A DNA stretch of 63,019 bases, filler included, from Stramenopiles sp. TOSAG23-2 (lineage: Eukaryota): the NCBI GenBank assembly GCA_900128395.1. It is 8 parts of 8 records of this genome, joined end to end, with 100 filler letters (N's around TTAATTAATTAA, not from the genome) between each part and the next. Parts side by side here need not be neighbours in the genome. Positions count along the whole stretch, not along the records: positions 1 to 8,744 come from LT650170.1; positions 8,845 to 17,548 come from LT650172.1; 6 more parts are not named here. The stretch is one strand, 5' to 3'. Position numbers and translations under genes: made by a program. Below, piece by piece: positions 1 through 10,260 of this stretch (positions are counted from its first letter, which is position 1; every line of letters begins with the position of its first letter). Under the pieces are notes generated by a model. The model saw only the letters and a program-made list of their open reading frames with translations. It did no database searches and was not told the DNA's origin.

Positions 1-68
1 ACGTAATATATTTACTAACAACATTACGTATATAATATTATATATATATTAAATATATAAACACACAG

Positions 69-515
69 GAACGTCCATTTGGATGTTTACAATTAAAGCC
101 TAATTTGCGTCGAGGGGCTCTTAAATTAGTTGATGAAAATAGTTTTGATTGCCCTGCTGGAACGTCTTATGAATACAATTTACCAATACCGGCAAATGTA
201 GATGAAATTACTTACCTATTGCGTTCAGCTAGTTATGCTATTACATTACGTATGTCATTATTAATAAAAGGTATTGGTACAAAGACCATATTAAGATTAA
301 ATGAATATCAATGCCATGAAACATGTATTGTTGGAAGATACAATATTTTTAAAGAGAATTTGGTGGAAGGTGGTAATAGTGAAATTAATAATAATGATGA
401 TGGTGGTGGTGAACGTGTTTTAACTATTTTTGTTGACAATTTACAAGCATGGATGTATGGATTGAAAATATTTACTGAAATTCGTGATAGTAAAACAGGT
501 AAATTATTGAAATAG
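69..515 (+). CDS. Terminal exon of an uncharacterised protein (5' part lies outside the window)
   Basis: Bases 1-68 look like an intron 3' end (ctaac branch point, AT-rich, ...acacacag). The frame is open from 69 (ERPFGCLQLKPNLRRG...) to the stop at 515. Confidence 0.55.
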   Translation, partial: ERPFGCLQLKPNLRRGALKLVDENSFDCPAGTSYEYNLPIPANVDEITYLLRSASYAITLRMSLLIKGIGTKTILRLNEYQCHETCIVGRYNIFKENLVEGGNSEINNNDDGGGERVLTIFVDNLQAWMYGLKIFTEIRDSKTGKLLK

Positions 516-830
516 ACATTCAAAATTTTACCGCCAAGATATTATGGGGTATATATATATATAACTTATCCTTTTTGCTTTTGTGTTTATTGTTGTTGTT
601 ATAATACCTATATCCTCTTCTCTTTCCTCCTTTTACGAAATAGCAGGTACATACCTGGTAGCATGAAAATTGCAAAAAATGTTAATGTGCAGTTGTTTGA
701 AAGAAATTTATTATTTGGTATAAAATAAACTAAATTCAAATTTAATAATAACATACTCGTGTATACATGTAGTGAATAAATAGTTTCGCGTTACATTATT
801 GAAATTATTGATTTTATCATGTAATTAATC

Positions 831-3452
831 ATGTATGATTCATTTATTGATACTATCTACAATGTGAAAATAATCGAAATAAATATCGCCTATGTTTTGG
901 TAACTATATTAATTGGATATATAACATATTTTGAATTCAGAGCTGTTTTAAAAAAAATATTTATACTGACTTTTTTTCCAGTTTGGCGTATTGTGGGTTA
1001 TAGGGAATATATGTCCAAGGAATATCGTCGAATCCAATGTGAATTAAAAGATCGTGTTGAAAAGAATGAAACTGTTTATCTTATTGGAATTACTTTAGGT
1101 ACACATAATGCAGGCGTTTCATTAGTCTCTGTATCGAAAAAAAAAGGCATTCATCTTATTTGTAACAATGAGGAAGAAAGGTTTAGTGGTATGAAACATG
1201 ATTGGAGATTTCCTATTCACTCTTTATCTAAATTAAAAGAAATCATTCAACAAATAAATAGCAAGCAAAACGATAAGATGGAAATTTTATGTTGCTTAGT
1301 ATCGTGGGATTTCATGGCATTTAGTGCTACTTGGTTTGATTACCTTATCAGTCATTTTCCATCCAATATTAAATTGTGGTTGCCATCAAAATCCTTGAAA
1401 AGTTTTATTGATTTGAATGCTATTATAAATGGACCGAAATTAATGTTTCGAGATCCATTTTTTTCCAATAATATTATTCATAAAAATCAATTCTTTGGCA
1501 GTAGGCATCATGATAACCATGCATATATGTCATATGGTATTTCACCATTTTACAATGCAAAAGGTTCCACGATGGTATTAGTCGTAGATGGTATGGGTGA
1601 TGATGCTTCCATTTCATTTTATGTATCGTCTGCTAGCAATAAGAAAAAATTGAAATTTATAGGCTGTAACAATTCCATCTTTAATTCTATTGGAATTTTA
1701 TATCAAGTCTTATCAAGTTCACAAGGTGGATGGACACCGCTCTCTAGCGAAGGTCGGTATATGGGCGCATCGGCATGGGGAAATTTAAATCGTCAAACAA
1801 ATTCATTTTATTTACAATTGCGTCAGATAGTTGAATTTGGTAGCAATGGTGATATTAAATTAAATACTAACATGGTTAATTGGCAAAACGACCCAATAAG
1901 TCGCCCATATAAGCAAAAATTAATAGATATTATTGGGATGCCAATTTTACCTAGCGAGTGTTGGAACCCTGATAATGTATTGAATGTCGATAATGTTCAA
2001 CATGCTCCGGCAACTATTGAACGTTGTGATAAAGCAGCTGCATTGCAAATGGTATTTGAGGATTGTATTTTTCACCTTGTTACTTATTTAATTTCCAAGA
2101 CGAAACAAATGTTTAATGGTCGTGCTAGTAACAATTTAATATGGACAGGTGGGTGTGCTTTAAACTGTGCTGCATCAATGCATTTGCTAGATCAATTTAA
2201 TAATACATTTTATGAAAGAGTTGATATCTTACACAACAATGCAAAGGAAACCGATAGCAATAAAATATATAATAAGAAAAGTCGTACATTGCATTTATGG
2301 GTACCGCCATTTCCATCTGATCCCGGTGTCGCTGCTGGTTCTGTGTATACTATGGCAATGCAAGCAAATATTGATCATTTATCTATCAATCCATTACGAC
2401 ATGCATTTTACTGCGGCACTGCATTTAATTCTATTGAAATCCAACAAACCATTTATAATTTCAATGATATTGGTTGTATTAAAATCTCAGATAGCAATAA
2501 TAATAATGTAATAACAAATGTAGCTAACTTTTTAGCATATGCTGTAGGTGTAAAAAATATGGTATTAGGTATTTTTCAAGGGATAGCGGAAACAGGGTAA
2601 GTAACTGCTGGATCAACAAAAGGATCTGAAAGTACAAGTAAAATTCTATTCCCGTAAACTTAAAAAAGGTATCCTCTCTAACAGATTATCATCACTCATT
2701 CATACACTACGCTCCACAAAAAGGCCCCGTGCCCTGGGTCATCGCACAATTGTTGCTAATCCAACCAATCCCAATACTTTGGAATTGTTAAATTCATTGG
2801 TTAAATACAGGGAGAAGGTACGTCCATTAGCGCCAATGATGACATTAAATGCAGCGAAGGAATATTTTCATTTAAAAGATGGTGCATCAGATGATGATTA
2901 TGTTGCATATAATTTTATGATATTAGCAGCAAAAGCAAAAAATGGGGTGAAAAAAATAGTACCAGCTATTGTCCATGCTGATAATAGCTCAAGATTACAA
3001 ATCGTTCGGAAGGAAACAGATTTATTTGTACATTCATATTTAAAATCTATGGGGGAATATGTTGGAGTCGAAATATCTGTAAATACCAGGTAAGCAAATT
3101 CTATTTCCCTAAACCTAATAAAAACGACATCGTCTCTAACACATCACTCATTCATACGCTGCGCTATACAAGTTTAAATGTCGGTACACCTATAGTACAA
3201 ACACCAAAGCAAGCATTACATGCGCTACGAAAATCAAAAGGTATGCATGGTGTAATTTTTATATCAGATAATAATGATATATATATTGCTTGGGACAAAA
3301 ATATGAAAAAAAAAATGAAATTACAAGAACAAATGAATCAAAATGAAAATTTACAAAAATTTAACAAGATTATTCAATTAAGTATGGTTGATGTATTGAA
3401 AGAATTTGAGCAAAAAACGAAGATAACATTTAAAAAAAAAGAAATATTTTAA
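831..3452 (+). CDS. Carbamoyltransferase, NodU/CmcH/TobZ family; 3 exons (831-2596, 2724-3089, 3173-3452)
   Basis: Motifs HNAG, EEERFSGMKH, HHDNHA, VVDGMGD, GGCALN, PSDPG and HADNSSRLQ. Splicing restores ETG|PRALGHR and NTS|LN in frame. There is an N-terminal hydrophobic segment. Confidence 0.92.
2597..2723 (+). mobile_element. Spliceosomal intron, introner-like family copy 1 (127 nt, with extra 5' sequence)
   Basis: GTAAGT...AAAAG, phase 2. Its 3' ~90 nt align with 3090-3172 and with the reverse complement of 42693-42775. Confidence 0.8.
3090..3172 (+). mobile_element. Spliceosomal intron, introner-like family copy 2 (83 nt)
   Basis: GTAAGC...ACAAG, phase 2, TCTAAC branch point. Shares aaattctatt-ccctaaacc...tctaacacatc...cactcatt-atac-ct-cgct with the other copies. 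Confidence 0.85.
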
Positions 3453-3925
3453 GGGGTTGTGTGAATTCCAAGAATTACAAAAGTATGAGTATAATATATA
3501 AACATACTGTACCTGTGTGCTGTTCTCTGGACACCAGAGGCATTTCCTGGTCCAAATATACGTTTTCCTACCTGATCTGTAGAGCTATTAATAAAAGTAA
3601 AAGGGAGGTAGACAGATAGTATCACTACAATCACAGCGTTGCACAGCATTGCAAGAACCAGTCGCAAGAACACTTCTAAATTCAAAAAAACATCATCATC
3701 GCACCATCATCAAAAATATCTTTCTTCTTATTCTACTTATTGGACTTAGGAATTAGATATAGAAGACACTATGTACATTTTAACAAAGGATAGACGACAT
3801 TTACTATTAGAACTATATGATATATAATTAGACAACAATTTTATTGTTTAAAAAAATAGTAATCAAACACGAAGTAAAAGTACAACAATCATATATAATA
3901 TACGTAATATACAAATTATAATATA

Positions 3926-5194
3926 ATGGCATCAATAACTGAACGTGAATCATTTTTATCAGACAACTGTCCACCAATGGGAATTTATGAAACTTTATAT
4001 GCATTCAGAGATAGTTTTGGAAAATTCATGCTTTCTGAGGGCACGCATCCATGGTCTCAAGGTTTCCCATTAACTACTCCTCTTGACAAATTTGATGGTC
4101 CACCACTTCCTGCCTCCGTTAACGTTACATGGGAAGATCGATTTTATCCAAAAGCATGGGGTCATCCAAAATTAAGACAAGCTATTGCAAATCATTATAA
4201 TAATAATTATGGTAGTAATATTGTGCCTGAGAATGTTATGGTATTTGCTGGTGGTCGACCTGGTATTTTAGCTGTTCTCGCTTTCTTGAAGAAGAAAGAC
4301 GTTCAAGTTCGTATTGGCAACGTTGAATGGCCGGCATATCTTGATATTATGACAGCGATGGAGACCAATTTTCGCGTAGTTCCATTTACAAAAGAAAATA
4401 ATTTTCATCCACCAAATAAAGATTACTTTGACAGGACTGGGCTTAATGCAAAGACTCGAATCATGCCTATTGTGTCAAACCCAAGCAATCCAACAGGGCA
4501 TACACGAAGCGGGGATGAATTGAAAGAATTGATTGAAATGGCAGAGAAGAACAAAAATGGAATTTTGCTGGATGAAGCTTATGAATTCTTTCATTCCCCT
4601 GCTGTATCTGGAATCAAATACGTTAAAGATTTGGATAATAGCAATGTTTTCATTACCGGCGCTTGTACAAAAGGGTTGCAATGTCCAGGAATTCGTGTTG
4701 GCTGGATGGTTGCATCGAAAAAAAATATTGAAACTTTGGCTAATTTTAGTAGCTTTGGCATGGGTGGTGTATCCCACCCTTCTCAATTATACGCTGTAGA
4801 ACTTTTAGAGTCTACGCGTGTGAAGAAGGCAATGAGTGCTGTGGAAAAACATTATGATTGGCAACGTGAGCGATATGGGGAAGCATTTAAAAAAATGGGA
4901 CTGGGCGTCTATACAGGCAAAGGTGGATTTTATCATTGGTTGGAACTTCCAGAAGGGTTAAATAGCAAAGAATTCAATAAACGATTGTTTAAACGCGGGG
5001 CTGCCATTTTATGTGCTTCTGAATGCGACATGGCACGTCCGCACGATAAAGAATTACTTAAAGATTATCAAACACCTTACGATCGTTTTTTCCGTTTTTC
5101 ATTTGGCCCATTATTGCCAGAAACGTTTGAATCTGATGTTACCATTATGAGAGAGGTATTGGAACAATATAAAAGTGATGCTGGTGTGCAATAA
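3926..5194 (+). CDS. PLP-dependent aminotransferase class I/II (aspartate aminotransferase-like)
   Basis: YPKAWGHPKLRQAIA, SNPSNPTG, LLDEAYE, TK(PLP Lys)GLQCPGIRVGW, FRFSF. Confidence 0.92.
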   Translation: MASITERESFLSDNCPPMGIYETLYAFRDSFGKFMLSEGTHPWSQGFPLTTPLDKFDGPPLPASVNVTWEDRFYPKAWGHPKLRQAIANHYNNNYGSNIVPENVMVFAGGRPGILAVLAFLKKKDVQVRIGNVEWPAYLDIMTAMETNFRVVPFTKENNFHPPNKDYFDRTGLNAKTRIMPIVSNPSNPTGHTRSGDELKELIEMAEKNKNGILLDEAYEFFHSPAVSGIKYVKDLDNSNVFITGACTKGLQCPGIRVGWMVASKKNIETLANFSSFGMGGVSHPSQLYAVELLESTRVKKAMSAVEKHYDWQRERYGEAFKKMGLGVYTGKGGFYHWLELPEGLNSKEFNKRLFKRGAAILCASECDMARPHDKELLKDYQTPYDRFFRFSFGPLLPETFESDVTIMREVLEQYKSDAGVQ

Positions 5195-5525
5195 ATTCAA
5201 TATACAACAGTTCGTACACGAGTATTAAAAATTATCGTTAAATATAACACTTCAATGTGTAATGTGTGTGTGAGTGTGTGTGTATTTGTGTGTTTGATGA
5301 ATGGGGATTTAAAATATATTACGACAAAATATTACGAAGTATATATATACCCCGGAGCCCGTCGTAAAAATTTTATATATATTAATAAAATTTTACATTC
5401 GGTGATGAAATACTAATGCTCAAAATACGTATCATACTAATTTTAACGTGTGGTTTTTTATTTTATTTAGATAATACTGGTGTGTATTCATACGGCGCGG
5501 GTATTTTTTTTCAATATTTAATTGT

Positions 5526-6065
5526 TCAAATATCATGATACAACTTCCCCAAATTCATATTTACATCCCATCCATATTTAATTTTTGCAATAATAGTAGC
5601 AATAGACATTTTATCAGAGAATGTTATCATATCTATATCGTTTGTATTAAATGAAATCTTCAATTCTATCTTCGCATTATCCGGTACTATTATAGTTTTA
5701 ATTTTATTTGTTTCATGATCCAGTACATAATATACATGTTGCTTTCTGTTACGAATCGTATTGTATTTCTCATTTATGTCAACAAAAGCATATTCCATGT
5801 TCTTGTTTAATATAATTTGTCTTAGGTCATGCTTATATTTTAATAAACGATTTCTCCATGTATTTAACCATATTTCTTTCCATGTTCCGACACACTGTTC
5901 TGCCTTTGCCGTTTGTACCCGGTTTGAAATATAATTATAATTCAATTCCTTCCTCAATTTAAAAATCGAATTGAAGATACAATTGAATCCATTTATTTCC
6001 TTTTCATTTTCCATCTTTGTATTAATTATACCACCATTATTATTTTTCTTGTTATCGTTATACAT
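5526..6065 (-). CDS. Hypothetical protein (likely start at an internal ATG of the 5526-6251 ORF)
   Basis: Long open frame in very AT-rich DNA; no recognisable motif. Confidence 0.4.
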   Translation of the reverse strand: MYNDNKKNNNGGIINTKMENEKEINGFNCIFNSIFKLRKELNYNYISNRVQTAKAEQCVGTWKEIWLNTWRNRLLKYKHDLRQIILNKNMEYAFVDINEKYNTIRNRKQHVYYVLDHETNKIKTIIVPDNAKIELKISFNTNDIDMITFSDKMSIATIIAKIKYGWDVNMNLGKLYHDI

Positions 6066-6219
6066 TAATAGGCTTGGGTTTTTGTAAAGTATATTATTTT
6101 TATTGAACGCTTCGTCTCTCCAAATATAATAAGTTTCAAATAGTGTCCGGTTAATTGATATTGCATACAAATGTTGTTGTCTATATTGATATATGTAATA
6201 ATGCGAGAATAAAAACAGA

Positions 6220-7107
6220 CAATACAGTCGTGTTGGAGGACAATTTTCCACGGCATATGCTAAAACACCGTTGGAATGGATAGAGTATCGTGCTAAACAA
6301 TTGCCTGGGCCACAAGATTATTATCCAAGGGAAAGTTTAAAGGAAAATTCATTTCGCTTCAGTGAAGCAAAACCCAAAAGCGATGTGGAATGGAAAATAT
6401 ATAGAGCAGCATCTATTCCAGGACCAGCTGATTACAATTTACAAAATTCAGGCTATGCATCAGGTGCAAGTGCAAAATTATTAGGTAGATTTGAGCGTGG
6501 AAATTATCAAACAACATTACCAGATGCAATACAGTACTCGCATACTACAATTAATTCAAAAGGTCCAACTCAATGCCGCGAAAAAGGTTCATTAGGTTTT
6601 CAACCCGATTCGATGAAGAAAACTGCCCCATCATTCCATTTCGGCGCTAAAACTAGGCAAGATCGATATGATTATGGTTTGATGTGTGATGATGAGAAAG
6701 ATTGGCGCCTATTGCAACGAAAAATGCTAGCCAAAAAAAAGAGAAAAAAGATGAAAAAGCGTTTAGAAGAAATGGGAGAGAATAAACGAATGTTTGGTTT
6801 TGATCCATTAGATTTAAATTTTTCTCAAAGTGTTTTAAATCATAAATTAAATAGACTGGAAAATGAAACGAAAGCATGGCACAATAATGGACATTCACAT
6901 AAACGACAACAAAAGTCATCAGAAAGCAGTCGTAATGATAAACGTTCAAGAAAGAAATTACGAAGAAAAAAATTTAAAAAGCAAAGAAGTAGTATGGAAA
7001 ATCTATCAAAACCGAAATATTGCAAAAGTTTGCCATCACTTAGTTACCATGCTGCAATGATGAGAGTAATAGAACAAAATCGTCAAAGACAAGAATTGCA
7101 TTATTAG
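6220..7107 (+). CDS. SHIPPO/PG-rich repeat (ciliary/flagellar) protein, probably a 3' exon
   Basis: Repeated FSxAxxKxxxEWxxYRAxxxPGPxDY units. The frame is open upstream of 6271 back to a possible AG acceptor near 6218-6227, with no in-frame ATG. Confidence 0.7.
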   Translation, partial: QYSRVGGQFSTAYAKTPLEWIEYRAKQLPGPQDYYPRESLKENSFRFSEAKPKSDVEWKIYRAASIPGPADYNLQNSGYASGASAKLLGRFERGNYQTTLPDAIQYSHTTINSKGPTQCREKGSLGFQPDSMKKTAPSFHFGAKTRQDRYDYGLMCDDEKDWRLLQRKMLAKKKRKKMKKRLEEMGENKRMFGFDPLDLNFSQSVLNHKLNRLENETKAWHNNGHSHKRQQKSSESSRNDKRSRKKLRRKKFKKQRSSMENLSKPKYCKSLPSLSYHAAMMRVIEQNRQRQELHY

Positions 7108-7835
7108 CAGGTATGGCACATCATATAAATTATATTACATATATATGTAATATTTTATCAGACAAGCAGGAGTTATGGATAGAAGAAAGTGAAGAGTAAG
7201 AAGATGTAGTGTATTTTCATAATTTTTTACAAGTTCAGGGCAATAATATCAAAGCCTAAAATATTAATAATTCTATGCCATGCGACGAGTAAAATATTTA
7301 ATATATGATATATATGATGGTTCACACACCACATTTATGAAAATGTTAGCAACATGTAATATTAAAATATTGATGATCATTTGAAATATTGAAATATTAC
7401 TGTATATTTTGTATACTGGTAGAGAGAGGATCCTCTCTCACACGCGTGCTCGCCAGCTCGCCCCCGAACCCGAAGCCTGGTGTACATATAAAAAAAAAAT
7501 GTGTGTAATGTTTTGCAAAATAAAAAAAGATAAATATACAGACATACGCTTCACAATATTTGTTTCCACACTTGCTCTCATCATGTGCTTGATTAATACA
7601 TCTCCTTTAAATATATAATAATATGCGGGGAACTTCGTACGAGAAGTATAATGGAAGAATATAGAAAAACCTATCATGCATAGCGCTACTTTTGTGCTTG
7701 TAGAGTATTAGACTGCAGACGTTTAGTATAAAAAAGCTTGAGATGTGGACACTATATTTGAACACTACTTATAATTTTAAAAACGTGTATATATCATATC
7801 AACTCATTTAGAGAAAACATATATATTATCTTTTA

Positions 7836-8109
7836 TTTAATACGGGGGTTCGTGTTCTCTTCTATTTCGAAGATGAAGTAGACGAAGACAAAACAAAGTT
7901 CACAATAATATCAACTTTTTCTAATGCACCTTTGCCAATATCACCACATGCTAATTTTTTTTCTTGTGGTTCTTTAATACGGGGGTTCGTGTTCTCTTCT
8001 ATTTCGAAGATGAAGTAGACGAAGACAAAACAAAGTTCACAATAATATCAACTTTTTCTAATGCACCTTTGCCAATATCACCACATGCTAATTTTTTTTC
8101 TTGTGGTTC
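7836..8109. repeat. Exact 137-bp tandem duplication covering the PPCDC 3' end
   Basis: 7836-7972 is identical to 7973-8109. Confidence 0.9.
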
Positions 8110-8658
8110 AACTATAGAACAACCAATTTCTTTTAATAAATTTAAATGCTTCAACGTAAATGGGTGATCCCACATCATAGTATTCATTGCAGGGCATATG
8201 ATTAATTTGTCCTGTTTAAAATCCCACGCTCTTGCAACACATGTTAATAAGTTATCGCATAAACCTTGTGCTAATTTGGCTATTGTATTTGCTGATGCAG
8301 GTGCAATTACCATTACATCTGCCCAACGTCGTAATTCTATATGTACAACTTCATCTTTACCAACCACCTTATACACATCCCATTCATCTTTATCTTCATA
8401 GACTTGAATATTTTCCATAGTATTAAATAGATCGAACATCTCTTTATTGTAAGTTTCCGTTAAATTCCAAAAATATTTACCACGTTGTGTCATAATGACT
8501 TTTACATTTGCAACTTTAGATAATTTAATAGCTAATTCAGGGCCTTTGACTGATGCTACACTTCCTGATACACCAAGTAATATATTTTGTCGTCGTTCTT
8601 GTTTATTACTATTGACATTATCATCTAGTATTGATGATGAAGATGTCAAGCTAGACAT
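7999..8658 (-). CDS. PPCDC: Phosphopantothenoylcysteine decarboxylase (HFCD flavoprotein, CoaC/Hal3)
   Basis: LLGVSGSVA, HIELRRWAD, PASANTIAK, PAMNTMM, LACGDIGKG. The ATG at 8658 is the likely start. Confidence 0.93.
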   Translation of the reverse strand: MSSLTSSSSILDDNVNSNKQERRQNILLGVSGSVASVKGPELAIKLSKVANVKVIMTQRGKYFWNLTETYNKEMFDLFNTMENIQVYEDKDEWDVYKVVGKDEVVHIELRRWADVMVIAPASANTIAKLAQGLCDNLLTCVARAWDFKQDKLIICPAMNTMMWDHPFTLKHLNLLKEIGCSIVEPQEKKLACGDIGKGALEKVDIIVNFVLSSSTSSSK

Positions 8659-8744
8659 ATTGTTGCTTTTATTATTATCATATTTTATATTATTGTTGTA
8701 ATACAAATATTATATATATATATTTATACTATTACTTTACTCTC

Positions 8745-8844
8745 NNNNNNNNNNNNNNNNNNNNNNNNNNNNNNNNNNNNNNNNNNNNTTAATTAATTAA
8801 NNNNNNNNNNNNNNNNNNNNNNNNNNNNNNNNNNNNNNNNNNNN
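8745..8844. other. Artificial contig spacer (also at 17549-17648, 26347-26446, 35138-35237, 43915-44014, 52685-52784, 61454-61553)
   Basis: Identical N44-TTAATTAATTAA-N44 each time, giving stops in all six frames; contig lengths decrease monotonically. Confidence 0.99.
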
Positions 8845-8921
8845 GTGGTATTGATGATCAAGGAAAAACAGGTGTAGCTTTATTTGGTGTTTTAGGTACT
8901 TTTTTTTATTGGTATTCTGTA

Positions 8922-9281
8922 ATGTTATTATATATAATAGGAGGTGTGGTATTGATCGTGATATCTATTGTAATGTGTATTGTGTTTGGATCGAAACCGA
9001 AACCGAAATCGAGTGTACCAATTAATCAAACGACTACACCAAGTGTGCAAAATAGTCAAGAGCAAAATAGTCAAGAGCAAAATAGTCAAGAGCAAAATAG
9101 TGAACCGGTGGATGGTAGTTGGGGTCCTTGGCGGGCAAAGGGCGAGTGTGACAAGGAGTGTGGTGGTAGACGTATTTTTGAGAGAAGGTGTGATGATCCC
9201 GAGCCAAGTGGGGGTGGGGATTCTTGTTGGGGTGTGAATTCTCAATTGTTGCCTTGTGGTCCTCAGTCGTGTACAAAGTGA
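8922..9281 (+). CDS. Viral membrane-anchored thrombospondin type-1 (TSP1) repeat protein
   Basis: N-terminal TM segment, QNSQE stalk, then VDGSWGPW...CDKECGG...RRCDDPEPSGGGDSC...C...C. Confidence 0.85.
   Translation: MLLYIIGGVVLIVISIVMCIVFGSKPKPKSSVPINQTTTPSVQNSQEQNSQEQNSQEQNSEPVDGSWGPWRAKGECDKECGGRRIFERRCDDPEPSGGGDSCWGVNSQLLPCGPQSCTK
9048..9101 (+). repeat. 15-bp coding tandem repeat caaaatagtcaagag x3.6 (QNSQE)
   Basis: Directly visible. Confidence 0.95.
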
Positions 9282-9324
9282 TGCGCAGGAAAAGTGAAAT
9301 AATTTTATATGTATTATTTCAAGA

Positions 9325-10140
9325 ATGAAAAAAGCAGTACTAGTGGGTATTAATTATTCTAATGATAATTCGGCGCGTTTGAATGGGTGTATTCAGGATA
9401 CACAGAATGTGAGGGATATTTTGATTAGTAAATTTGGGTACAAGCCTAGTGATATAACGATGATTAATGATTTTACGGAAACCAAGCCGACCAAGGATAA
9501 TATTATCAGGGCGTGTTTTGAGATGATTCAGGGTCAGGCTAATAATGACGTTGACCAGTTTTTCTTTCAATATTCTGGTCATGGTGCTCAGGTTCCGGAT
9601 CGTGATAGAGACGAATCTGATAACAAGGACGAGGTTATTGTCCCGATTGATTACAAGACTGCGGGTTTGATAAGTGATGATCTTTTGTTTAATTTGCTAG
9701 TGAAGCCATTAAAGTCGCATCAAAAGTTGACGTGTTTGATTGATGCGTGTAATAGTGGTACGATGTTGGATCTAAAGTATAATATAAAGGCAATGACAAA
9801 ACCGATATCTGGCAAGATATCAAAGCCTTATGATCACAGTGAATGGAATGCTCGTTTGGGTATTGATATTGGTACTCGTGATTCACCAAAGGGTAATGTG
9901 TTGATGATTTCTGGCTGTCAGGATCATGAGCAATCTAATGACGTTAGTATAGGAAAGACGTATCAGGGTATGATGACGTATTGTTTTTTGGATTGTTTAC
10001 GGTCGAATGATTGCAAGATAAAATTAAAGTATCTTGTAAAGGATATAAATTGTCTTTTAGATTTGTATGGATTCAAGAATCAAAACAGTCAATTGTCGGC
10101 TAATAACTATCCTAATTTGGAGGAAATCTTTGAGCCTTGA
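9325..10140 (+). CDS. Metacaspase (peptidase C14), no prodomain
   Basis: KKAVLVGINY, LNGCIQD, YSGHG (catalytic His), DACNSG (catalytic Cys), ISGCQDHEQS. Confidence 0.95.
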   Translation: MKKAVLVGINYSNDNSARLNGCIQDTQNVRDILISKFGYKPSDITMINDFTETKPTKDNIIRACFEMIQGQANNDVDQFFFQYSGHGAQVPDRDRDESDNKDEVIVPIDYKTAGLISDDLLFNLLVKPLKSHQKLTCLIDACNSGTMLDLKYNIKAMTKPISGKISKPYDHSEWNARLGIDIGTRDSPKGNVLMISGCQDHEQSNDVSIGKTYQGMMTYCFLDCLRSNDCKIKLKYLVKDINCLLDLYGFKNQNSQLSANNYPNLEEIFEP

Positions 10141-10260
10141 CCGACTCGTTTATTTAAGTAGAAACCATTTATCAAGGTTGACACACGTTATTGTCTCTAT
10201 CAAAAACTAAGTTCCCGGAGATTCACTTACATTTTTTTATATGACAACTACAAGAGTACA

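Noticed and set aside
7422-7439. 18-bp perfect palindrome gagagaggatcctctctc
   Set aside because: Low-complexity GA/TC arms, a single full copy, and no associated element.
7836-8109. PPCDC 3'-end duplication as a functional repeat
   Set aside because: The copies are 100% identical and the gene is left intact; this is most simply an assembly or amplification duplication.
8789-8800. Recurrent TTAATTAATTAA between N runs as a biological repeat
   Set aside because: It is an artificial six-frame-stop linker, so gene neighbourhoods across it are meaningless, including virus next to recombinase.
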